Assembly (NCBI RefSeq): GCF_009914755.1
Contig: NC_060935.1
DNA: 64,000 nt
Reading direction: 5' to 3' (one strand)
Origin: the human T2T-CHM13v2.0 reference genome, Homo sapiens
The position numbers were made by a program, and so were the translations under genes. The notes beneath the pieces are model-generated. The model made no database searches. It was not told the origin of the DNA and saw nothing but the letters and a program-made list of their open reading frames with translations. Of this stretch, positions 43,977 through 60,940 are shown in pieces; positions within the stretch are counted from its first letter, which is position 1, and each line of letters starts with the position of its first letter.

Positions 43977-44154
43977 TAGTGGTTTTCAATCTTAGCTTTC
44001 CATTACAACCAGTTAAATCGTGTTTAGAAATTCCAACATCCAGGCTGCACCTCAGACCAAAGAGATGAGAATCTTTGTGGGTGAGACCCAGGCATCAGTA
44101 TTTTTTAAAGCTCTTCAAGTGATTCCAATGAATAGCCAAGGATGAAAACCCCTG
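43977..44154. mobile_element. MER5A-type hAT-Charlie MITE
   Basis: TIRs TAGTGGTTTTCAA...TGAAAACCCCTG; internal CCAGGCTGCACCTCAGACC...CCCAGGCATCAGTATTTTTTAAAGCTC. Confidence 0.85.
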
Positions 44155-44329
44155 TGCTCAACCAAAGAGCCCTGGTTAGGTAATAAAGAGACCTAAGTTA
44201 CTCAGTGACCTTAGAGAAGTTTCTTTTTCTCTTCTGTGAAATAGGATCTCCTTTTAAAAATATTTTCTGTCTTGCAGAACTGTTGGGAAACTCAAAGGAG
44301 GTATCAGAGATAAAAGGCAACTAGGATAA

Positions 44330-45056
<727 letters not shown>

Positions 45057-45490
45057 TGACCTCAGGGATTTTACTTTGTGGTTTGCAAGAATATCTTGGT
45101 GCCTAGAGACAAGGACTTAGCTACAGACTGGGGTTTCCTGTTGAAATATTTTGTGCATTTTGCTCTAATTTAGGCAGAGAGGGAAAAACAGAAACTTTGC
45201 TAATTATCTGTCATTATGGGGATAATGATAGCTAATATTTATTGAATATTTTGTGTGAGCAAGATCTTTACTTGCAGAATCTTAATTAATATTCATACCA
45301 ATCCAGCAAGCTGAGTACTATTTTTTTTAACTCAACTTCACTGGGGTATAATTTACATATAATAAAATGCAGATTGATGAGTTTTGACAAATGTATACAT
45401 TTTATAACACCAAAATCAAAATACAGAATGTTTCCCATTACCCTAACATTTTTTCCTGTGCTTATCTTCGTTCAATTAAAAAACAAAACA

Positions 45491-45775
45491 GGCCAGGTGT
45501 GGTGTCCCCCGCCTGTAATCCTAGCACTTTGGGAGGCAGAGGCGGGAGGATCACCTGAGGTCAGGAGTTCGAGACCAGCCTGGCCAACATGGCGAAATGC
45601 CATCTCTACTAAAAATACAAAAAAAAGTTAGCTGGGCATGGTGGTGGGTACCTGTAATCCCAGCTACTCGGGAGGCTGAGGCAAGAGAATTGCTTGAACC
45701 CGGGAGTTTGCAGTGCAGTGAGCTGAGATCATGCCATTGCACTCCAGCCTGGGTGACAGAGCGAGACTCTGTCTC

Positions 45776-45806
<31 letters not shown>

Positions 45807-45815
45807 CAAAAACAA
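45491..45815 (+). mobile_element. AluS with (CAAAA)n tail
   Basis: Full dimer. Confidence 0.95.
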
Positions 45816-45891
45816 ATGAAAAATATTTGACCCAGGCAATCATTGATTTGCTGTCACTAGATTAATTTTGCTTATTCTAGATTAAAAAAAT

Positions 45892-46199
<308 letters not shown>

Positions 46200-46534
46200 T
46201 AGAATATGTACTTTCCCATCTGGCCTCTTACCCTCAGCATATATAATGGTTTTGAGATTCATCTACATAGCTGCAAATAACAGTAGCTTGTTCCTTTTTA
46301 TTAATGAAGAGTATTCCATTGTTTGGGTATACCATAATTTATCTATTCACCTGTAGACGGACTTTTGGATTTTTTCTAATTCTGGGCTATTAAAAATTAA
46401 ACTGCTAAGAACATTTAGGTACAAATCTTTGCATAGACATGAATTTGTTCCTCTAGAGAAAATACTCAGGAGTGAAATTGCTCAGTCGTATAGTAAATGT
46501 ATGTTTGAAAAACTATGAGTTTTCCAAAGTGCTT

Positions 46535-46886
46535 TATCTTAGTTAATTTTCTCTTACCATGACAGAATACCACAGACTGGATAATTTATAAAGAAAAGTT
46601 TAAAAACTATATTTCTTACAGTTCTGGAGGCTGGAAAGTTAACTTCAAGAAGGCACTGGTGAGGGCCTTCTTGCTGTGTCATTGCATGGCAAGAGAGCAA
46701 GAGCATGCCAGCTAAGGTCTCTCTTCTTCTTATAAAGCTGCCAATTGCATCATAAGAGCTCACCCTAATAACCTTATCTAATCCTAAATACCTCCCAAAG
46801 AGCCCACCTTCAAATAGATCGACATATTAATTTTGGGATTAATTTTTGAACACATGAAATCTAGGGGACACATTCAAACCATAGCA
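46535..46886 (-). mobile_element. MaLR solo LTR (MST/MLT1A-type)
   Basis: ACAGAATACCACAGACTGGATAATTTATAAAG...ACATTCAAACCATAGCA; TSD TGCTT/TACTT. Confidence 0.9.
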
Positions 46887-47982
46887 TACTTGTATCAATT
46901 TATACTCCCATTGGCAGTGTATGAGAAATCCAGTTGTTCCACATCCTTGGCACCACTTGGTATTGTCAATTTTTTTATTTTAGCCATTTTAATAGGTGTG
47001 TAGTGGTATCCTATTGTGGTTTTATTTACATTTCCCTGTTGACTAATGTCACTAAGTTTCTTTTCATGTATTTATCGGTCATTTATATATTTTCTTTTTT
47101 TATTTGAATATCTTATTAAAAAACAACTTTAGTGCGGTATGCTTGACATACAAAAAGCTGTACATATTTAATGTATACAACTCAATGAGTTTAGGAATAA
47201 GTATACATCTGTGAAATCATCATCACAACCTGTGCCATAAATCTGTCCATTGTCTCCAAAAATTTCCTCCCACCCACTTTTATTATTATTATTATATGTA
47301 TGTGATAAGGAAACAACATAATATCTACCTTCTTAGCAAATTTTTGAGTATACAAAACAATATTGTTAACTGCAGGCACTATGCTGCCCAGGAGATGTCT
47401 AGGACTTACTTATCTTTTATAACTGACACTTTGTACACCTTGACTTATACTCCTCATTTCCCTCTCTCCCAGTCTCTGGCAAACAACATTCTATTCTCTG
47501 TTACTACGACTTTGACTTTTTTAGATTCCATATATAAGTGAGATCACGCATTATTTGTCTTTCTGTGCCTGGCTTATTTCACTTAACATAATGTCCTGCA
47601 GGTTCATCCATGTTGTCCCAAGTGATAGTACTGACTTCTTTTTAAAGGCTGAAGAATATGCCATTGTATTTAAGTATGCCACATTTTCTTTATCCATTCA
47701 TCCTATTGTGAATAGTGTTATTCATGTTATTCATGCTATTGTGAATAGTGCTGCAATGAACATGGAAGTGCAGGCATCTCTTTGAGATCCTGATTTCAGT
47801 TTCTTTGGATAAATACCCGGAAGTGGGATTGCTGGATCATACAGTATTTTATTTATTTATTTTTTTTGGAACCTCCATAATGTTTTCTATAGTGGCTGTA
47901 CAAATTTACATTCTCGCCAACAGTGTGCAAGAGTTCCCTTTTCTCCACATCCTTACCATACCAACACTTACCTTTTGTATTT

Positions 47983-48275
<293 letters not shown>

Positions 48276-48494
48276 CTTGTATTTGTTTTTGTTTTACAAT
48301 AGCATCCTAACTTGTGTGAGGTAATATCTCATTGTTGTTTTGATTTGAACCTGGTAACCATTTATATGTCTTCTTTAGAGAAATGTCTACTAATGTCTTT
48401 GGTTCATTTTGTAATTGGGTTATTTGGTGTTTTGCTATTGAGTTGTAGGAGTTCCTTGCATATTTTCTATATTAACCTATTATTGGATATATGG

Positions 48495-49161
<667 letters not shown>

Positions 49162-49234
49162 TATGGTTTGCATATATGTTCTGTCATTCCTTATATTACT
49201 CCAGTATTTTATTGATTGATTTCTTTGCTGAGCA

Positions 49235-49620
49235 GGGAGCTGGGTGCTATTACTACCCTCATTTTATAGATGAAAAAGCAAAAATGTAGAGGGATGCAAC
49301 AACTTCTCCAAGTTTATTGAACTAATAAGGGAAGAAGCTAGTACCTGAACTCAGAAGGTCTGAAAACAGAGCATGCTCTCTCTCTCTAACAATATGCCAG
49401 TCATTATTGAAAGCAATTTATATATTTTAACTCATTAAGCCCCTAAACAACCATATGAAGTAGGTTCTCTTATTTCCACTTTCTAGATGAAGAGATGAAG
49501 GCAGAATGAGGTTTGGTAACTTGCCCACTGTCATGCAGATATGATGAAATTGTTTCAACAGTAACGTGAAGGATGGATTCAGCTGTAACCCCAAATGGCA
49601 CAGGATTCTCCTACTTTGCC
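49235..49620 (-). mobile_element. Two MIR fragments
   Basis: CTCATTTTATAGATGAAAAAGC... and CCACTTTCTAGATGAAGAGATGAAGGCAGAATGAGGTTTGGTAACTTGCCC. Confidence 0.7.
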
Positions 49621-50056
49621 CCTCCCTCTGTCCCAAGAAGTTAAAGTAAGAAGAGCGGAGGGTATTTGGCTATTCTGCTAGAAGCATCCCGGTGACTCCT
49701 GGCATGTGTTGTGCTCCCAGGTGTCACAGCCTGTTGCGTCCGCTCTGGACCTCATCCCCACAGTCACTCAGTAGGCAGGCATGGGCTGTTGGCCCCGTGC
49801 AGAGCACATGCTCTTAACCTCTGGACCCTACTGCCTCCCACGGGAGTTTGCTCATCCTGATGGCCTCCCTCACACAAAATGGCCCCAGTGACTGATGGAA
49901 ACAGCAAGTGTTGCTGTAAGAGGCTCCTCCATCTGGAGACTGGAAGAACCAAGGACAGGCAAGCCGCCAGACTAATCTGATGAAGATGGCTTTGGGGAAA
50001 GCCAGGTTTAATATTTAGTGTGGTGGCAGGGGTGGGGGAAGGAAGACGGAATTGAG

Positions 50057-50724
<668 letters not shown>

Positions 50725-50784
50725 TGATTAGGGGTGTCCAAATAGCCAGATAGATAATAATAACAAAGGTCGTCATCATCATTG

Positions 50785-51025
50785 TTATTTTTATTAGCCA
50801 GCCTGTATTGAGTACGAGGTGTGTGTCAGAGTCTATGCTAAAAACTCCGAGGGGCTGTTTCATTTAATTGTTACAACAGCAAGGCAGGCATTCTTATTAT
50901 CTCCACTTAGTAAACAGGGAAAATGGGATTCGACTGGTTAGCTGAATTTCCCAGCATCACAGTAAGTGACAGAGTGAGGATTCAAGGCCAGGTCTACCTG
51001 GTTCTGCACCTGGAACCACTTCAGA
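50785..51025 (-). mobile_element. MIR SINE
   Basis: ATTATCTCCACTTAGTAAACAGGGAAAATGGG...GTGACAGAGTGAGGATTCAAGGCCAGGTCT. Confidence 0.7.
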
Positions 51026-51196
51026 CTTTCTGCTCTCTTTCCTCCTCATTGCCTCCCAAGTGACCTCACAATTGTAACCCTTGTAGCTTTCCAGATTTGG
51101 AATCCCGGAATCCCAATGTTCTAGCTCCGTGAGGAAGTAAAGGTGGTTTTAATACTCTCGCTCTCTCTCTTTTATTATTATTATTATTTATTATAG

Positions 51197-51336
51197 TTTA
51201 CACTGTTGGTGGGTGTGTAAATTATTTCCACCATTGTGGAAGACAGTGTGGCGATTCCTCAAGGATCTAGAACTAGAAATACCATTTGACCCAGCAATCC
51301 CATTACTGGGTATATATACCCAAAGGATTAAAAATC
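51197..51336 (+). mobile_element. L1PA (primate) ORF2 3' fragment
   Basis: CATTGTGGAAGACAGTGTGGCGATTCCTCAAGGATCTAGAACTAGAAATACCATTTGACCCAGCAATCCCATTACTGGGTATA is close to the L1PA consensus. Confidence 0.95.
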
Positions 51337-51504
51337 TTTTTTTTTTTTAAACCATCTTACTGTAAAATAAAACATAGATACGGGAAAGAGTACACATGAC
51401 ACAGAACTCTGCTAGCTTCTTCAGAAGCCCTCTGTGGACCCTGATCCAAACACAGACTCTTTCCTCCCCAAAGGCAATCATTCCTCTGGCTCTTAAATAA
51501 ATCA

Positions 51505-52276
<772 letters not shown>

Positions 52277-53448
52277 TTAGAAAAAGAAAAAATTGACGCA
52301 TCTTGTAAGTTGCTTTAACTCTACAAGTTCACCTTACGTGTCTTTCTTTTTGTTAACCTTATTTTTTTGAAAGAACCTAGGACATTTGACTTACAGTGTT
52401 TCTCACTGTTTGGAACTTGCTGATTTCATCCTCAGAGTGCAGTTTGACATGTTCTCTGTCCCTTTTATTCCTTGCAAATTGGTTGCTGAATTCAGAAGTT
52501 TTATCTGCCTAGGTCTAATCTTTTTGGCAGGATTGCACACAATGTTATATTCTCTCATTGAGAAGCACGTAATGCCTGATTGTCTCTCTTTTTGTGGCGT
52601 GAGCAGTGATTACTGTTCCATGTGTAGATTCATCAATTCACTAGATGTTGCAAAACAGTAATCTTCTATCATTTCTTTTTTATTAATTTGTGGGAATACT
52701 TTTCAAAGAGGTACCTCTCTTCAGCAAGTATCTGATTCCTCACTATTGTGGTCGATATGGGAAAGCAAGAACAAATGCTTGATTCATTTCCTTTATTTGA
52801 CTGTTTTCAATAGAATAAATTAGTTTCTGAACAACTGAAAAGACCATTGAAGGTAACTGATCAATTGTTGTTTTTAAAATCTAATCTCACATTTTAAAAT
52901 TGAGATAAATGAGAGCCAGAGATGTTAAGCACTTAAGATCACACAGCACTTTGGTGGCAGAGCTAGGGTTAGGGTAGTACTCTTCTGCCTCCCAACTTCA
53001 TTCTAATCTTCTCCTTTTGGAGCAGAACCCCAGACCTGGAACTCTAGTGTCAAAAATCATTCATGAGAAAATCTGAAATGGGTGATAAAAATTCAAAGCA
53101 TTACTCAACTTCGTCTGCTGTTTCATGGCCTTCACTGCGCAGCCTTGCAGGCAAGTCGATACTCATCGTTAAGAGACAAACGCAGCCTGCAGCTTTTGCA
53201 GTGCTCATGAGAGGGGCTCAGCTGCCAACCTTAGAAATTCCGCCTGTTGTCAGGGGGTCGTGGGAATGTGCCCAGGTTGCTGTAGGGAGGTTTTCAGCCC
53301 TGGCTACCACAAAGCACTCTCTTGCCAAATCCTGTCTTGCTGATTTTCAGCAGGAAAATGGGAAGTCAGAGAAGAAAGCTTCAACCTGTCAGTCAGAAGG
53401 GAAATAGCCAAGAAACTGTCTTCTCACCATATTAACTATGTTAGCAAG

Positions 53449-53561
53449 AGACAGAGAGAGAGAGAGAGGGAGAGAATTTGGTAGAAGTTGGGGGAAGAGA
53501 TGGTGGAGAAAATTATCAAACAGTTAAAAAGAAGGGAGAGTATGTTGTAATCATGTGTGCA

Positions 53562-53594
<33 letters not shown>

Positions 53595-53608
53595 GAGAGA
53601 GAGAGAGA
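53449..53608. repeat. (GA)n at 53449-53474 and compound (TG)14-(AG)8 microsatellite at 53562-53608
   Basis: Directly visible. Confidence 0.95.
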
Positions 53609-54144
53609 CTGCCTACAGCCTTAAGACTGTCTAGCAGTCCATCTGTTCACACCTACTTATGTAGCTGGTGACCTCAGACCCAACCACTTGTCCTGCTCTG
53701 ACCCTTCTCTGCTCTTCATCTGGCTGCCACCATCCTCCCCCCTCGAAGGCTCCCAGGGTAAGGGGAGAGTGACGGCAGTGGAGAGGGGCCAGCGGGAGAT
53801 AAAGACTTGCTATTTTATGTAGAGATGCAAATCCCTGCTAACTTGTGGGTTAGAGAACCAGTCAAGGACGGGCACAAGGCTGCTGCGGATAACTTGGGTC
53901 TGTGTTTGAGATGCACTGTTGTGGTTACCCTGGCTGGAAATGAGAGTTGCTTGGACTGGACTCTTGCAAGTTAGATGAAACTTGACAGTGGGAGATACGG
54001 CCTGTACCAAGTCAGAGAATTAGGAACTTTGGGCCAACAGGTCCCCAAAAGCTGATCACTCTCGTTCTCTTTATGGGCAGAAGATTCTGGAGGACTTTAG
54101 CCCTGTACAAGGGGAGAGGGCATAGTAGGCAAGATGCTATAGTG

Positions 54145-54380
54145 AAGTGTTTTGAAATTTAAGGATGTAAAATGAATTTAGGGAGTTATGAGCACAATAT
54201 TATGAAAAATTAAATAGAATATACTGTACATCAGACCAGGTTGCTTTACATGGAGAAGGTGAGTGTTGTTTCTTAAATTCTTTTTCAGTATTTTGTGTGC
54301 ACACTTGTTTGCATGTGCATGTATATATACTGGGTTACATCGTGCTTCTTATTGTGGGTCACAGTCAAAAACTGAACATT
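54145..54380. mobile_element. hAT-Charlie-like MITE remnant
   Basis: AAGGTGAGTGTTGTTTC...TACTGGGTTACA...TTCTTATTGTGGGTCACAGTCAAAA resembles a Charlie-derived MER end; subfamily uncertain. Confidence 0.5.
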
Positions 54381-54385
54381 ATTCC

Positions 54386-54920
<535 letters not shown>

Positions 54921-54949
54921 CATTGTTGTTTTTTAAAGAAATTGTTAGG

Positions 54950-55350
54950 GGTGAAGAATTGGATTCACTCTGGGCTCTGCCACTACATAGCTCTGTGATC
55001 TATGGAGTGTTATTGTTTAACTTCTCTGAGCTTCATTTTACTCATTTATGAAGTAAATGAATGACAATGAAGACTTCCAGCCCTCACATTTTATATTTTT
55101 TAAGATAAATGAGAATTCAACTCTCTTTTAAGGGCTCTCAAGGGAGGAGATGACATTTTCTCCAAACAAGGACTAACTAGTACCAATATACAATAATTGT
55201 CATCAGAAACACCTCTTTATCTTCAGGCTCAGTTCATTCATTCGTTCATGCACCAAATATATATCAATGTGCCAGACACTGTTTCAGGTGCTGGGAAGTC
55301 AACAGTGGAATAAAACATGCAGATCCCTGCACCTGTGGTATTTACCCTAA
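54950..55350. mobile_element. MIR (+, about 54950-55095) and antisense L2 3' end (about 55232-55350)
   Basis: TTAACTTCTCTGAGCTTCATTTTACTCATTT; TTCATTCATTCGTTCATGCACCAAATAT...TGTGCCAGACACTGTTTCAGGTGCTGGGA. Confidence 0.7.
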
Positions 55351-55920
55351 AACTCCCTGTGGCAGTTTAGGTTTCTTTTTCACTTACCACATGTTTAAAA
55401 TGAAACAAAAATGAAAGCCTTCTGTAGGCTTGAGAGAATGGTTATTGTTTTTTCAATAATTGCTTTGTATCTTCAGTTTGTCTTTCCATAAAATGGGAAT
55501 GTAATCATGGAATGCTAGCAATACAAAATTTGAAGGCTTCTACAGGTCTATAACACTCAGAAAGGTGAGCTGATCTGAAAATCCCAAACAAATGGAAAGC
55601 TGAACATTCCAGACTGGAAATTATTACTTCCTTTGAATTTTTTTTTTTTTCCCGGGGAACTCTCGAAACCACAGACCATTCACTGAAAGGCAGTTCACAT
55701 TAAAAGCTTCCGTTTTGGCTTCTTGACATATCCGTCTGCTCTCAGGAAACGGATGAGAAACTTCCTCAGGGAACTTTGGGAAGGGGCTGGCATGTTTCTG
55801 GCCCACAGACCCAGGACTCTCTTGTTTGGATCAGGTGAAACCTGCAGGCTCTTGGCTTCCAGGGTGCTTAAATTGAAAGCCTTAGGAAAGCTGTGGGGAC
55901 TTGGACATCTGGAATCATCC

Positions 55921-55939
55921 TGGCCACCAGAGGGCATTA
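55921..55939 (+). promoter_or_regulatory. Candidate CTCF-binding site
   Basis: TGGCCACCAGAGGGCATTA matches the CTCF core consensus TGGCCACCAGGGGGCGCTA at 16/19; two of the three differences are tolerated purine positions. Confidence 0.65.
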
Positions 55940-57457
55940 GGAACCTGTTGGTCACACCACCAGGTGATCTGCCATTTCTGTCTGGGTTATAGCTTGGCAG
56001 TTTTACACGGGGTTAGTTTCATGACCTTTTCAGAGCATGAGGGGCCAAATCAGAGTCCCAGAATGCTGAAGAAAATCAAATTGACAGGCTTAGGCTTATC
56101 TCTGTCATCTCCCCAAATTAAACGTGCAGGTGCATTCATTGATTAACAGGTAACCACTGAATGCTGCTTGTGTACTGCCTGTAAACTAAGCTCTGCAAAT
56201 ACAACCTTCAAAAAAGCAAAGCCTCAGCTCCCCAGGGGCTCACAGTCTAGGCTTTTCCATAGACAATAGGCAAATGGCTCATTGCCCACTAAGGGAACTC
56301 CACAGGGTCCTGAATCTAAAGTGATGAGGTTTTTTGTTATGATGAGGTGAAGCCTCTGGGGGTTAGGATCATCATCTTGACACTTTCAAACGAGATAATG
56401 TAGATGTCTGTGAATGGGATTAGGAAAGTGGCCTTTTGGAGCCTTTAGCATTGTAGCTAAACTTTAGAACACCAGTGTGGGGCTGACTGTGTAGCCTAAT
56501 GGTAAATCCTAAGCCAGGAGTCACTGTCCCACTGTGTAAACTTGACGGAATAATCAGCTTTTGTGGACTTAACGCTTTCTCAGCCACTCTCAGAAAAGGT
56601 CAGGACTCTACGACTGTCACACAATAGAAAATGAAGTGAAATGGAAAGGAATTCTAACATGGCATTACACTGGTGGAGAAAACCAGTTGGGATTTTTCTG
56701 GCCCTTCGTTATGTTTTTACAGCTATTTGTTTGCATGGCTGATAACCCCCCTCACCCTGCATTGTTCTTACTTTGTGTAGACACAGGATCTAGGTTATGT
56801 TAAAACGAGTACTGGAACGCAGAAGTCACTAATTGCCCAACCAAAGGATCAGAATTCTATTTTATTTTTCACAGTAACTTGGATGAGTTGATGTGTAAAT
56901 GGATGGCATGTTACAGCTCACTGTTTTCTAAGAAAACAGCAGAATTGAATGAAGATAAATTCTGAGACTCCCTCCCTTTCCTCCACAGCCCTTGAGCCAG
57001 AGGGTGTTGTCCATAGGAAAGACTGAAGAAGTTTGGCAAGACTACCTATGTGCTTAGGCACTCATGGGTAGTGAGCATTCAGACATAAGTGGAATTCACT
57101 AGGATGTACTGGGACTCTGGTAGGACAATTTGAATTATCTCTAAATTGCGCTAAGCATGAATTCATGCAGGATAACTCTGCCTCCTAACGCTGATGCTGA
57201 CCCAGCCTGTCAATATTTACATTTTTGTGTTTTTCTAAGCTAGACCTCTGAAGCTGAAAGCAGAATGCTGCTTCTACCCTCCAGATAAAGTACAATATCT
57301 ATTGTTTCAGAAGACTAGATGCCATAGGACAAGAATTGAGCTGTTGTATTACACTTGCCCTCTTTTTTATGTTATTATTATTTACCCAGAGACAACGCTG
57401 ATTAATCTTTACCAAGAACAATAGGAAAAGAAATATGATTACATAGTTTGTTTTTTT

Positions 57458-57725
57458 AGGTAGTAAAAAGACTTTGACCTGGAATTAAGGAGACTTAGAT
57501 TCTCAACGCAGTTCTTTGTTTTATCACATAACTGCTGTGCCAGTGCTTTTGATAATTATGGTAATTTGGAAGGAGCACACCTGGCTGGAAATCCTGCCTT
57601 TGCCTCTTACTATGCGACTCATGCAAATTGTATAATTTCTCTGGTCCTCTTTTCTCATCTACAAAGTAGCATCCCACCTATCCCACTTCCCTTATTGAGT
57701 GTTATATGTGTAGCAGTGTTTTAAT
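57458..57725 (+). mobile_element. MIR fragments
   Basis: GCCTCTTACTATGCGACTCATGCAAATT...CTCTGGTCCTCTTTTCTCATCTACAAAGTAG. Confidence 0.6.
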
Positions 57726-58566
57726 CTCAAAGGGCTGTGTACATACAGACGTTGGCGTTTATGTTGGTAACTGTGCCGCAGTCATCTCATCTGATCTCTA
57801 AAATGCCCCACTCTTGCTCCCCTGACACTGCTGAGAACTTGCATATCTTAGCTGGGACACTTCTGGTGTCTGTCTTTCCTGCCCTTCGCTGTCTTGAAGC
57901 CCAAACAGAAGTTTCTGAGAACGAGACTGCAATTGTCAATTATTCGTCTTTGGTTTTTAAAATGTGCCCACCATCCAGTCCCCTGGGTGCTCGTTACCAC
58001 AGCACAGCCTAATTACCTGTAGACAGATGAGACATGCTTGAAACTCTGCGACTTCTGCCTGCAGCCAGCATGGGTTCCTGCAAACAAGGGCCTGTGAAAA
58101 ATAAAGAAGGGCTTTATTTCTGCTTTCAAAGTCTGTGACTTAGGTGCCTGAAAATATAGTTCAAACAAACTAACAACAAAACCCACAACAAGCAGCTCAA
58201 AGCAAGAGGCTTTAGAACATTTAAAGAAAGTGTTCTTTCTCCAAAGGTGTAGTGAGTGCTCGCCTCACGCTTTCCTTTAGTGGCGAACAATAGTTCCGTA
58301 ACTTAGCCTCACTGAGGTCCAATTAGTCCAAATTGTGGTGGAGTTGGACTTATGGAGTCACAAGATCAGATTTTGGAAATGTGTTCTCCATCTCTGCCTT
58401 GTGCCTTTCCCTTTCTGACCCCCTGTGCCAGACAGGCTGATCCTAATCAGCACAGGGAGGCCTGCAGGCGGCTGAGACTATGAGGTTTATGATTATGAGG
58501 TCAGGGACCAGCAACTCAGGACTCATAGAAGAGAAGATTTTGGGACAAGAAAAAAGGAGCTTATAA

Positions 58567-58653
58567 AAGCAAAAACAAAAACAAAAACAAAAAAACAGAA
58601 ACAAAAACAAACAAAAAACAAACAAACAAAAAAACCAGATGCCAAAAAAAAAA
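58567..58653. repeat. A-rich (CAAAA)n-like low-complexity tract
   Basis: Directly visible; no adjacent Alu body. Confidence 0.85.
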
Positions 58654-59302
58654 GTGTGTGTGTTGGGGAATCTTACTGAGAAGAGAGAGAAAGAAACAGA
58701 GGAGGAAGGGGAAGTGAAAATGTTATGATGGGGTGGAAGGGAGGAAGATAGGATCTGGAGAGAAGCAGAAGATTTCTTGCCCCAAACTCCTGAGAGAGAG
58801 CAAAAACAAATACTTTTGAGCAAAATCAGTTGTCCCCAGATGTCCTTAGATGCTCCATCGGTGACTCCGATACTGCCAGGGAGTCCCACCTGCAGAATCA
58901 CGGTTCTCTGCCTACACAAGACCCTGGAACCAGTCCCCTTCTGTTTGTCCCTGCTCCACCCGCCAGTAGCACCTGCAGACCACATCCCCTAAGAGCAGTG
59001 CAGCCATGTCTTCTTCTTGAGAGCTGGAAGAGCACATGCTTCCTGAGGGTTTGAGGAAAGACAAAGAAGATCTAGAAAGAAGATGCTGGCAAAGAGAACT
59101 TCCAGATCACTTTACGTAGGGAGAGGCTGTGCTAGAGTGAAGAGAGCAGACAGTGTGTCATTAGAAGACATGAGATCAGGCCCACACTCTGCCACTTAAT
59201 TACCAAGTGACTTCTAGGCAAGCTTTATTTTATTTATTTATATTTACCTGTAAGACACCTCTCCATCTTCATGCCTACCTAATGGTTTGAGAAAATGGAT
59301 GA

Positions 59303-59672
<370 letters not shown>

Positions 59673-60030
59673 AACTTATCTTCTTTAGTAGGTTATGTGT
59701 TCATTGAGGGCAGGATGCTTACAGATTTATCACCTACCATGGTGCCTGGCATATAGCAGGTATAATAAATATCTGCAACAGATAGCTAATAATTAAATAA
59801 ATGAGGAAGATGATGGCTTTGGGAATCCTGGTAGGTAGAGCTCTCGAAATCATAATGTCAGCTCTGGAACAAATCTGGTATTATTTAGGTTTGATGTAGC
59901 AGTTGTGGGCTTGGTATTATTGGCTTAAGTTACATTCCCCCAGAGATTTAGAAATACCCAATGACCACTTGCACATTCCTGATTTTTTCATTTTCAATTA
60001 AGGAATTAATTTAATTTTGCCATTTTATCA

Positions 60031-60275
60031 TTATTATTTTTTGAGGCAGGGTCTTGCTCTGTCACACAGGCTGGAGTGCAGAACATGGCTCACTGCAGCC
60101 TTGACTTCCAGGGCTTCAGTGATCCTCCCACCTCAGCCTCTCTACTAGCTGGGACTACAGGTGTGCACCACCATGCTTGGGTAATTTTTGTATTTTTTTG
60201 GTAGAGATGGGGTTTTGCCATATTGTCAGGCTGGTCTTGAACTCCTGGGCTCAAGCAATCCGCCTGCCTCACCCT
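60031..60275 (-). mobile_element. AluJ, 5'-truncated
   Basis: J diagnostics; ends at GCCTGCCTCACCCTCC. Confidence 0.9.
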
Positions 60276-60664
60276 CCAATTTTGATGTTTTTTAGGTTAA
60301 AAATATTTTATTATTTTGAAAACAATTATTATGAACAAGTGAAATCTATAATGATACTACTTAATACAACATAGAAAATTATGTTATATATAAATACATG
60401 TGTTGTATATATATGTAATACATATACATACACAGAGATACATAATGTGGTAAGTGTATGTGTATTTTTATTCCACTTCCAGCAAATGTATGCAAAAGTT
60501 ATCATAAACTAGTTAATATACAGTGGATATATGTTTATATTTGTAATTAGTTGCATTTCTTTTTTAGTGGAAATATAACAATTTCCTTAGTCATTTTGTT
60601 ATTTGGTGTTTTGATTGTTGTCAACTTTTCACTTAAATAAACATTTTCTCTTGCAGAATAAATA

Positions 60665-60940
60665 ATAATTATTGCTGTTAAAGAAAAACTAAAGCCATTT
60701 GTTGTGTGCCTATCATGTGCAAGGCACTGTACTTGACACTTTACCTGTGGTGTATCAGTTAATGTTCACAATGCATGATGTGCATATTATTTTTCCTCTT
60801 TCATGCAGAAAGAGACTAAGCCCAGAGAAGTCAGTAGTTCAGCTAAATCACACAAGCCAGTGAATACAGAGTACAGAGCCAGGATTCATGCTCAGGTCTG
60901 CCTAACTCCAATGCCCCCACTCCTCCAAACTACAACACTC
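60665..60940 (-). mobile_element. MIR SINE within AT-rich old-L1-like sequence
   Basis: TGTGTGCCTATCATGTGCAAGGCACTGT...GAAAGAGACTAAGCCCAGAGAAG...GAGCCAGGATTCATGCTCAGGTCTG. Confidence 0.75.

Noticed and set aside
58443-58985. 180-aa minus-strand ORF with an F/C-rich hydrophobic stretch
   Set aside because: The hydrophobic segment is the translation of the (CAAAA)n low-complexity tract.
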